DNA from: the human T2T-CHM13v2.0 reference genome, Homo sapiens
Assembly: GCF_009914755.1 (NCBI RefSeq)
Contig: NC_060936.1
Direction: 5' to 3' (one strand)
DNA: 64,000 nt
Below the pieces are notes generated by a model that did no database searches, had not been told where the DNA came from, and was given only the letters and a program-made list of their open reading frames with translations. Positions 1-21,736 of the stretch are shown piece after piece. Within the stretch, counting starts at the first letter, position 1; every line of letters begins with the position of its first letter. Made by a program: the position numbers and the translations under genes.

Positions 1-9
1 CACCTGGCC

Positions 10-7457
<7,448 letters not shown>

Positions 7458-7569
7458 TTTCTGCCTCTGAAGAAGTACACCTAATTGCTATTAGGATAGG
7501 GATGATGACCATTCCTAATTGTTTCATGCTGACAAGGGGTGCTGTTTTGGGAAAACAACAGTCAGGTCT

Positions 7570-7650
7570 CAGAGGCCTATCTAAGAGTCCCTAGTAAAAG
7601 GCAGCCATCGTCCAAAGCTCCATTTGCATGGCCATTTGAAGTTTGATGGC
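7570..7650 (-). pseudogene. env cytoplasmic-tail remnant
   Basis: AIKLQMAMQME..FY*GLLDRPL, resembling the gamma-type env tail motif KLQM..RGPLDRP, just before the polypurine tract and 3' LTR. Confidence 0.65.
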
Positions 7651-8213
7651 CCATCCCTTGGTTCTTCTGAGCTGCAGTCAGAGATCACTGGTTCATTCAA
7701 CCTATAATTGTTAAAAGCTATAAACAGCTCAAAAGAAAAACTTCCTTCATTCTGAAAAAACAGAACATAAGGATCAGCAACATTCCAAACAAAAAGCAAA
7801 AAGTCAAAAAAGATTAGGCTTTATTGGAAGCTTATTGGAAGCTTTATTGGAAGTTCATTCAGTTTACCCAGTCAACTCCTGTTCACAATTTTCAAAGTTA
7901 TCAGAAACCTGCACTTGAGGTTTATAATCCATCCTTTGAAGAGGATCAAAACAAGACAACAATTGTCTATGAATGTCCAAATGTTCTAGGGTAGTCACAG
8001 TAAAAAACACAACTGACAAAGAAATTTGGTCAACTCTGAGACTTAAAATAATCTAACACAATAACCTTAATTATGTTTGATAACACAAACTCAGATATCA
8101 GAACTCTAGAAATCCCATGTGATTTTGGAATACACATTAACATTGTTCACTAAAATATAACCTGAGGATCAAACACCACCTTATTTCAACAATCCTATGA
8201 TGTGACATAATAC

Positions 8214-11200
8214 CTTTGATCCTAAGTTCAGTGGACAAAGTGAAGAAAGAAAATGATGAACTCAGGGATTCTATCTTCCAGCTTCAGAAGCAGATACTGA
8301 GCCCCAAATCTGCTAAGATCACCCTGAGTGAGAGTCTCATCTCCTGTAGAGGAAGAACTGAAATTGTGGAAAAACAAACCCAGGATCTGATCATGTAACT
8401 GGCTGACCTGCAACTAAAAGTGCATGCACAGACTTGCCAGGTGTCTACTGTTAAAGTGAGGGCATTGATTGGAAAAGAATGGGACCCTGCAACTTGGGAT
8501 GGGGATGTGTGGGAGGACCCTGATGAAGCCGGGGACACTGAGTTTGAAACTCTGATTAATCTTTTTTGCCAGAAGGAACAGCTTCCCCATCCCCAGTAGT
8601 GGCAACATCCCGTCCCTGACCCATGCTGCCATCAGCCTTTCCACCTGTCTGAGGAGATAAACCCTGTGTTGCCTGAGGCAACAGCAATGGCCTCCCCTGA
8701 GGCAGTTGCCAGGCAAAAAAATGTTGATTCTCCTCAGGATCCCACCCCAACACCCCTATTTGCTTCTTCTAGACCTATAACTAAAGTCCCAGCAGGCCCC
8801 TAGAAGTGAAGTTGAGAGTGTGACCCATAAGGAGGTGCACTACACTCAAAAAGAACTGCTTGAGTTCTTTAATTTGTATAAACAGAGATCTGGAGAACAG
8901 GCATGGGAATAGATATTAAGGGTGTGGGATAATGGTGGAAGGAACACAGAGTTGGATCAGGTTGAATTTATTGATTTGGGCCCACTAAGTAGGGACTCTG
9001 CATTTAATGTTGCAGGTTGGGGAGTTAAAAAAGGTTCTAATAGTTTATTTGCTTAGTTAGCTGAAATATGGATTAAAAGATGGCCAACTGTGAGCAAGCT
9101 GGAAATGCCTGATCTCCCTTGGTTTAATGTAGACGAAGGGATCCAAAGGCTTAGGGAGACTGGGATGGTGGAGTGGATTAGTCACATTAGACCTACTCAT
9201 CTCAGCTGGGAGGGTCCAGAAGATATACCCTTTACCAATGCCTTGCAAAATAGATTTGTGAGGGCAGCACCTGAATCTTTGAAGAGCCCTGTAATTGCTC
9301 TTCTGTGTATGTCAGATCTAACGGTGGGAACCACAGTCACTCAACTACAAAATTTAAATACAATGAGAATAATTGGATCACAAGGTGGCAGTGGCCAAGC
9401 GGTGGCATTCGACTGTCAAAGGCAAGGTGGGCACAGCTACCATAATGGACAGCAGAGACAAAGCAGCAATCAGAATAGTCTGACTTGTGTAGAGCTCTGG
9501 CATTGGCTAATTAATCACAGTGTTCCTAGAAGTGAAATTGATAGGAAGCCTACTGCATTCCTACTTAATTTATATAAGGAGAAAACTTCTAGGTTGAATG
9601 GACAAAAGACTAATTTGAATGATAAAAACAGAGAGTCATGGCCCCTCAATCAATTTCTAGATTTGAAGCAGTTTACAGACCCAGAACCCCTTGAACGAAG
9701 GGGAGACCAGGTCCCCTTGAGGAAGGACTGCACTACATTACCAACAATTTATGCAGTAAATCTTTCTCCCATCCTTCCCCAAGGAGATCTCCGGCCTTTT
9801 ACCAGGGTAACTGCATTGGCGAAAGGGAAATGATCAGACATTTTGGGGACTACTGGACGCTGGCTCTGAGTTGATGTTGATTCCAGGGGACCCAAAACGT
9901 CATTATGGTCCTCCAGTTAAAGTAGAGACTTATGGAGGTCAGGTAATTAATGGAGTTTTAGCTCAGGTCTGACTTACAGTGGGTCCAGTGAGTCCCCGAA
10001 CTCATCCTGTGGTCATTTCCCTGGTGCCAGGGAAATGGATTCTGGTGCCTGTTGGGGTGGGTTGCCCCTACACACCTGTGGGTGTTTCTCGTAAGGTGGG
10101 ACGAGAGATTTGGAAAAGAAAAAGACACAGAGACAAAGTATAGAGAAAGAAATAAGGGGACCCGGGGAACCAGCGTTCAGCATATGGAGGATCCTGCCAG
10201 CCTCTGAGTTCCCTTAGTATTTATTCATCATTTGTGGGTGTTTCTCGAAGAGGGGGATGTGTCAGGGTCACAAGACAATTGTGGGGAGAGGGTCAGCAGA
10301 CAAACACGTGAACAAAGGTCTTGGCATCATAGACAATGTAAAGGATTAAGTGCTGTGCTTTTAGATATGCATACACATAAACATCTCAATGCTTTACAAA
10401 GCAGTATTGCTGCCCGCAGGTCCCACCTCCAGCCCTAAGGCAGTTTTTCCCTATCTCAGTAGATGGAGCATACAATCGGGTTTTATACCGAGACATTCCA
10501 TTGCCCAGGGACGGGCAGGAGACAGATGCCTTCCTCTTGTCTCAACTGCAAGAGGCATTCCTTCCTCTTTTACTAATCCTCCTCAGCACAGACCCTTTAC
10601 GGGTGTCGGGCTGGGGGACGGTCAGGTCTTTCCCTTCCCACGAGGCCATATTTCAGACTATCACATGGGGAGAAACCTTGGACAATACCTGGCTTTCCTA
10701 GGCAGAGGTCCCTGCGGCCTTCCGCAGTTTTTGTGTCCCTGGGTACTTGAGATTAGGGAGTGGTGATGACTCTTAAGGAGCATGCTGCCTTCAAGCATCT
10801 GTTTAACAAAGCACATCTTGCACCGCCCTTAATCCATTCAACTCTGAGTTGACACAGCACATGTTTCAGAGAGCACGGGGTTGGGGGTAAGGTTATAGAT
10901 TAACAGAATCTCAAGGCAGAAGAATTTTTCTTAGTACATAACAAAATGGAGTCTCCTATGTCTACTTTCTACACAGACACAGTAACAATCTGATCTCTCT
11001 TGCTTTTCCCCACATGTGCCAGAATCCATAATTGGCACAGACATACATAGCAGCTGGCAGAACCCCCACATTGGCTCCCTGACTGGTAGGGTGAGGGCTA
11101 TTATGGTGGGAAAGGCCAAATGGAAGCCATTAGAGCTGCCTCTACCTAGAAAAATCATAAATCAAAAACAGTATCACATCCCGGAGGAATAGCAGAGATT

Positions 11201-14200
11201 AGTACCACCATCAAGGACTTGAAAGACACAGCGGTGATGATTCCCACCACATCCCTGTTCGACTCTCCCATCTGGCCTGTGCAGAAGACGGATGGATCTT
11301 GGAGAATGACAGTGGAGTATTGTAAGCTTAACCAAGTGGTGACTCCAATTGCAGCTGCTGTACCAGATGTGGTTTCATTGCTTGAGCAAATTAACATATC
11401 TCCTGGTGCCTGGTATGCAGCCATTGACTTGGCAAATGCCTTTTTCTCCATTCTTGTCCATAAGGCCTACCAGAAGCACTTTGCCTTCAGCTGGCAAGGC
11501 CAGCAATATACCTTTACTGTCCTACCTTAGGGGTATATCAACTCTCCAGCTTTGTGTCATAATCTTATTGAGAGACCTTGATCACTTTTCACTTCTGCAA
11601 GATATCACACTGGTCCATTACATTGATGACATTATGCTGATTGGATCCAGTGAGCAAGAAGTAGCAAACACACTGGACTTATTGGTGAGACATTTGTGTG
11701 CTAGAGGATGGGAAATAAGTCTGACTAAAATTCAGGGGTTATTCCCTCTAAGGTGAAGGATAAATTGCTGCATTTGGCCCCTCCTACAACCAAGAAAGAG
11801 GCACAACACCAAGTGGGCTTATTTGGATTTTGGAGGCAACATATTCCTCATTTGGGTGTGTTACTCAGGCCCATTTATCAAGTGGCTCAAAAGGCTGCCA
11901 GTTTTGAGTGGGGTCCAGAAAAGGAGAAGGCTCTGCAACAGGTCCAGACTGCTGTGCAAGCTGCTCTGCCACTTGGGCCATATGACCCGGCAGATCCAAT
12001 GGTGCTTGAGCTGTCAGTCACAGATAGAGATGCTGTTTGGAGCCTTTGGAAGGCCCCCATAGGTGAATCACAGTGGAGGCCTCTAGGATTTTGGAGCAAG
12101 GCCCTGCCATCTTCTGGCGATAACTACTTTCCTTTTGAGAGACAGCTCTTGACCTGTTACTGGGCTTTGATGGAAACTGAACGTTTGACTATAGGTCATC
12201 AAGTCACCAGGCGACCTGAACTGCCTATCATGAACTGGGTGCTTTCTGATCCATCTAGCCATAAAGTGGGTCTTGCACAGAAGCATTCTGTCATCAAATG
12301 GAAGTTGCATATATGTGATCGGGCTAGAGCAGGTCCTGAAGGCACAAGTAAGTTACATGGGGAAGTGGCTCAAATGCCCATGGTCTCCACTCTTGCCACC
12401 CTGCCTTTTCTTTCCCAGCCTGCACTGATGGCCTCACAGGGAGTGCCCTATGATCAGCTGACAGAGAAAGAGAAGACTACGGCCTGGTTCACAGATGGTT
12501 CTGCATGGTATGCAGGCACCATCCGAAAGTGGACAGCTGCAGTACTACAGCCCCTTTCTAGGACATCCCTGAAGGACAGCGGTGAAGGGGAATCTTCCCA
12601 GCGGGCAAAACTTTGAGCAGTGCATCTGGTTGTGCACTTTGCATGGCAGGAGAAATGGCTAGATGTGCGATTATATACTGATTCATCGGCTGTTAGCCAA
12701 TGGTTTGGCTGGATGGTCAGGGACTTGGAAGAGGTATGTGGATGGACCTCTCTGAGTGGTCAAAACTGAAGATATTTGTATCCCATGTGAGTGTTCACCA
12801 AAGGGTGACCTCAGCAGAGGAGGATTTTAATAACCAAGTGGATAGGATGACCTGTTCTGTGGACACCACTCAGCCTCTTTCCCCAGCCACCCCTGTCATT
12901 GCCCAATGGGTCCATAAACAAACTGGCCATGGTTGCAGGGATGGAGGTTACACATGGGCTCAGCAACATGGACATCCACTCATTAAGGCTGACCTGCGTT
13001 CGATCACTGCTGAGTGCCCAATTTGCCAGCAGCAGAGACCAACACTGAGCCCTTGATATGACACCATTCCTCAGGGTGATCAGCTACCTGGTGGCAGGTT
13101 GATTATATTGGACCTCTTCCATCATGGAAAGGGCACAGGTTTGTCCTCACTGGAATAGACACTTACTCCGCATATGGGTTTACCCATCCTCCACGCAATG
13201 CTTCTGCCAAGACTACCACCCGTGGACTCACGGAATGCCTTATCCATCATTATGGTATTCCACACAGCATTGCCTCTGACCAAGGCACTCACTTTACAGC
13301 TAAAGAAGTGCAGCAGTGGGCTCATGCTCATGGAATTCATGGGTCTTACCATGTTCCCCATCATCCTGAAGCAGCTGGATTGACAGAATGGAGGAATGGC
13401 CTTTTTAAGTCATAATTACAACACCAACTAGGTGACGATATTCTGCAGGGCTGGGGCAAAGTTGTCCAGAAGGCCATGTACGCTCTGAATCAGCATCCAA
13501 TATATGTTAGTTTCTCCCATAGCCAGGATTCACAGGTTCAGGAATCAAGGGGGTGGAAGTGGAAGTGGCACCACTCACCATCACCCCCAGTGACCCACTA
13601 GCAAAATTTTTGCTTCCTGTTCCTGCAACATTAAGTTCTGCTGGCTACATGTCTTAGTTCCAGAGGGAGGAATGCTGCCACCAGTAGACACAATGATTCC
13701 ATTAAATTGGAAGTTAAGATTGTCAACTGGACACTTTGGGCTCCTCCTACCTTTAAGTCAACAGGCTAAGAAGGGAATTACAGTGTTGGCTGCGGTGATT
13801 GACCCGCACTATCAAGATGAAATCAGTCTACTACTCCACAACATAGATAAGAAAGAGTATGCATGGAATATAGGAGATCCATTAGGGCACCTCTTAGTAT
13901 TACCATGCCCCATGATTAAAGTCAATGGGAAACTACAATACCCCAATCCAGGCAGATGACAAACAGTCCAGACCCCTCAGGAATAAAGGTTTGGGTCATT
14001 CCACCAGGAAAAAAACCATGACCTGCTGAGGTGCTTGCTGAAGGCAAAGGGAATACAGAATGGGTAGTAGAAGAAGGTAGTCATCAATACCAGCTATGAC
14101 CACGTGACCAGTTGCAGAAACAAGGACTGTAATTGTCATGAGTATTTTCTCCTTTTGTTAAAAACACGCTTATGCATGTAAACACTTGTACTAAGAAAAT

Positions 14201-14440
14201 ATCTTCATTTTATTTCCTTTTCCTTTATCATGTGACATAAAATTTATTGTTGTCCTATCAGCATTTAGGTATTGTTAACTTTACGTAATAATATTGGGGT
14301 TGGGGTTTGGTGCATTTCTGGTTATGTGAAGGATAGTTGTATTATGTTAGGCACAATTATGACCTTATTATTGGCTTTATTCGAAGATTATGTATGATCT
14401 TAGGAGATGTGTATGGGTTCAAGTTGACAAGCGGTGGACT
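8214..14440 (+). mobile_element. HERV-L internal region (gag-pro-pol-dUTPase), 5'-truncated and degenerate
   Basis: gag ORF 9090-9833, protease LLDAGS about 9850, RT HYIDDIML, RNase H WFTDGSA, integrase HHCC (12930-13030), dUTPase 13672-13959 (GITVLAAVIDPHYQDEI). Confidence 0.95.
10050..11014 (-). mobile_element. HERV-K(HML-2) solo LTR, LTR5_Hs type, 965 bp
   Basis: TGTGGGGAAAAGCAAGAGAGATCAGATTG...GGGGCAACCCACCCCAACA. 6-bp TSD GGTGCC/TGTGCC. Confidence 0.95.
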
Positions 14441-14882
14441 TGTGATGGTTAATACTGAGTGTCAACTTGATTGGATTGAAGGATGCAAAGCATTGATCCT
14501 GGGTGTGTCTGCAAGGATGTTGACAAAGAAGATTAACATTTGAGTCAGTGGGCTGGGGAAGGCAGACCCACCTTTAATTTGGTGGGCACAATCTAATCAG
14601 CTGTCAGTGAATATAAAGCAGGCAGAAAAATGTGAAAACGTGAGATGGACCCAGCCTCCCAGCCTACATCTTTCTCCTGTGCTGGATGCTTCCTGCCCTC
14701 AAACGTCGGACTCCAAGTTCTTCAGTTTTGAGACTCGGACTGGCTCTCCTTGCTCCTCAAGCTTGCAGACAGCCTATCATGGGACCTTGTGATCATATAA
14801 GTTAATAATTAGTAAACGCATATATATATATATACACATATATATACACACATATATGTACATATATATGTACACATCTCCT
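14441..14882 (+). mobile_element. MLT2A (HERV-L) 3' LTR, missing its U5 end
   Basis: TGTGATGGTTAATACTGAGTGTCAACTTGATTGG start after a purine-rich tract. Ends after the (TA/CA)n stretch. Confidence 0.9.
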
Positions 14883-16067
14883 GAGATCATATATAATTTT
14901 CGAATAAAGACAATAATAAGGTAATAATTGTGCCTAACATAATACAACTATCCTTCCCACAACCAGAAATGCACCAATCACCAACCCCAATATTATTGCA
15001 TAGTTAACAATACCTAAATGCTGTATATATATATCCCTAATACAACTGTGAAACAAAATTTCCGGTAAAGCAGTTTCCATGGCAGTTTGATATTTAAAGG
15101 CCAAACTCCCCCAGACTTCAAAGAACACTGGGGTCAAACAGCACCAAAGGAGAGCATCACAGGCTAACCAGGCCCCCTGCTTAGAACAACAGCATAAAAG
15201 CCTGGATACAGGCAATGGCATCCCACTTTCCCTTTCAGCAGTAACTCCAGATTCCATGCAATACTGGGGCCAAACAGTATTGCAACTGCGAAAAAGTTCT
15301 AAGGAGGGCTTATTAGTAGACCTCAGAACCTCTGCCAAAAGCATCCTCTTTGGAGAGGTGGAAGTCCAGAGGATCCCCTGGAGCATCCCCCTTTGGGATC
15401 CAGTCTTACTCTGACCTTAGGTGGGCACCAGTGCCACTTTACGTTTTCCCTCCAGAGGCAACGGCCTACTATGAGCTGTGTAAGGCCATACTTTCTCATG
15501 CTTCCTGTTCCACTAGAGTGATAGCCATGAACTAAAAGGCATTACAGCTTTATTTTTCTTTCGAAATATTTGATTTAAACACTTATTTTCCTTTAAGCCA
15601 ATCAGTTAGAGCTCTTTTATATAAACATGACACACCTGACACATATATATCCACACAGAAACAGACAGAGATCCAGTAGTTTTAAGATTTTTCATGTGCC
15701 AATCTCCTAATTGCATTGCTGGCCCTGGGGTTAAGCCCTTTAAGAAGCAGGGCCAGGAAAACATGTAGTTTCTATGGCCTAATAAGTATGCATAACTGGA
15801 AGACAAAAACATTTTGAGAGGGATCCATCTGCTCCTAATTCCTGGGGCTCCATGAGGAAAACAGAAGTCTTTCCCAAAATGGGTCAGTGGCACCTCTTTC
15901 ATTTTCCCAAGGAGTCCCAGGCCATCAGAGGATATCTTGGGGCTCCTCATGTGCGCATCAAGAGTGGCAAGACAAGAATGGAGAAAGATAATTCAGTCGA
16001 CTGAGAAGAAAAGACCCTTCACCAGAAAAACAGAGAAATGACATAAAGGCCTTTTAAGTATACCTAA

Positions 16068-16494
<427 letters not shown>

Positions 16495-17089
16495 TGAACC
16501 ATGGAGTAGAGAATACAGTGATTTATATCATTCCTGCAACCAGTTTGCATGGAGAGAGAGAAGCCAGAAGTCCCACAACTTTTACCCTTTTACTGGCATG
16601 TCAGGCTTCTGGGTTCCCTTCCCCCAAGCCATGGAGCCCTATTGGCCCTGAAGTCCTGTGAAGGGGAAAAAGCTTTTTTCTTTCTCCAGAGTCTGAGGGT
16701 CAAAGGAGTCCAGTGATGTAGGATGCACTCCACCCATGAAGTGGGGGGGACTAATCAGCAGGAATTAGCCATGCTCACCTGTGCTGTGCCCTGACTCCTG
16801 CTGTCATCTGCCTCAGGTCTAGTGTTCCATTCAAGGGATTCAAACCAAAGCCTGGGACAAGAAGATGCCTCAGGAGTGTATGAACCCTTTAAATTAGTCC
16901 CAGATGGCCCTTGCCAAATTGCAGCTAGCAGCTGGCAGGGGGCACTCCTCTGTTGCTTCCCTATCACAAGCAGGTGAAGCTGTGGGGGAAGGTCCTCCTC
17001 AAATAAGGGAGAGAAAGGGAGTCTCGGGAATAGGGGACCTGGCCCAAGGTGACAACTAAAATGTTGGGCTTTTCCTGAGATGTACCTCA

Positions 17090-18800
<1,711 letters not shown>

Positions 18801-19478
18801 ATCAAGTAAATTACAAGAACATTTTCACCACAAATTTACATACAGATATGACGGCACACTTTGCTTTGTGGTACCCTTAACCTTCTATTTTATACTTGAT
18901 GACTAAGCCAAATGCTCATTTTACCCAGAAATCTCTCTGGTTTGCAACAACATCCTTAACATTTAAGGATGTTGCCGCCCTATCACAGGCAGGTGAAGCT
19001 GTGGGGGCAGGTGTTACAATTTAACATTGTATATAAAAGAGATAGGAACCATGACAGCCTAGAAAGCAAGCAAGAAATAAACAAATAACAATAAAAAAGA
19101 TTGGAGGTCCTAGTGTCAACACCCCAATGGGCAGTCGGGGACTGGAGTTAGTCCAAGGGCCTTTGGATAACACCAAGGTATGGCCTCGGCCAGATACCCT
19201 GTTACCCTAGGACCTCCTTCCAGTCCCATGCGACAGCTAGACCTCAATGAGGGGAAACTGGGTTGGAACAAAGCCAACATTCCCAATACTCGAGGGTGAT
19301 GGGGGGTTGACAGTGTCCTCCCCGGCAAGCCTGTCCTCCATGTCTTAAGTCTGGCAGCTGTGCTAGTTACTTTTAACTGGCTGACAGAGGCCTGGTATTT
19401 TTCCTTCATTTTTACTATTGTGGAGTTTAGAGACTCTGAAAAAAATGGACAGAATTGCTTTTACTCACCCTTCTGCAA

Positions 19479-19496
19479 ATCCCGGACAAGCCTCCA
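19479..19496 (-). other. Retroviral primer-binding site, tRNA-Pro
   Basis: TGGAGGCTTGTCCGGGAT versus TGGGGGCTCGTCCGGGAT (16/18), 3 nt after the LTR, followed by a major-donor-like GAAGG|GTGAGT. Confidence 0.85.
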
Positions 19497-19499
19497 AAA

Positions 19500-20771
<1,272 letters not shown>

Positions 20772-21308
20772 CCAGCACTTTGGGAGGCTAAGGCAGGAGG
20801 ATCATTTGAGCCCACGAGTACAAGACTAGCCTGAGCAAGATGGTGAGATCCCATCTCTACAAACATAAACAAAAATTTAAAAATTAAAAATTAGCCAGGC
20901 ATGGGTGCCTGTAGTCCTGCTACTTGGGAGGCTGAGATGGGAGGATAGCTTGAGCCCAGGAGTTTGAGGCTGCAGTGAGCTATGATCACATCACCACACT
21001 GTAGCCTAGGTGACAAAGAGAAACCCAGTCTCTATTTAAAAATAATAATAACAGAACTAAAAGAAAAAAATAGATAAATCCAATATTATAGTTGGTGACT
21101 TTAACACGCTTCTTTCAACAACTGATAGACTTACTACGTACAAAGTCAGCAAGAATATAGAAGAACTTAACAATATCATCAACCCATCTAATTGACATTT
21201 ATAGAATACTCCAACAGCAGAATGCACATTCTCAAGTACCTATAGAACACTCACCAAGGTATACCATATCTGGGCCATAGAAGAAACCTCAACACATTTA
21301 AAATAATT

Positions 21309-21339
<31 letters not shown>

Positions 21340-21736
21340 GGTTAAGAGACAGGGTGTTGCTCTATTGCTCAGGCTGGAGTGCAGTGACACAATCATAGCT
21401 CACTGTAACCTCAAACTCCAGGGCTCAAGAGATCCTCCTGCCTCAGCCAACATGTCTGGCTGATGTTTGAAATTCTTTGTGGAGACAAGATCCCATTATG
21501 TTGCCCAGGCTGGTCTCAAACTCCTGGGGTAAAGGGATACTCCCACCTCAGCCCCTCAAAGTACTGGCATTATTGGCATGAGCCACCACATCTGGCCAGC
21601 ACGTTTTTTAATCATTGTATTTTTCATCATTGTGTATCCTGTGGATATCAGGTGATGTTTATTTTGGATTCTGAACACCACATATACAGCTTGCCAAAAA
21701 ATTAGAATTCATCCCTTCTATTCCTATCCAATTTTC

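Noticed and set aside
7818-7853. Three copies of GCTT(T)ATTGGAA
   Set aside because: A simple slippage repeat in ERV internal sequence with no spacers, so not CRISPR-like.
9090-12616. HERV-L gag (247 aa) and pol (287 aa) ORFs as possible domesticated genes
   Set aside because: They are flanked by stops and frameshifts, RT and RNase H have internal deletions (about 11740, about 12730), an LTR5 interrupts the protease, and there is no 5' LTR.
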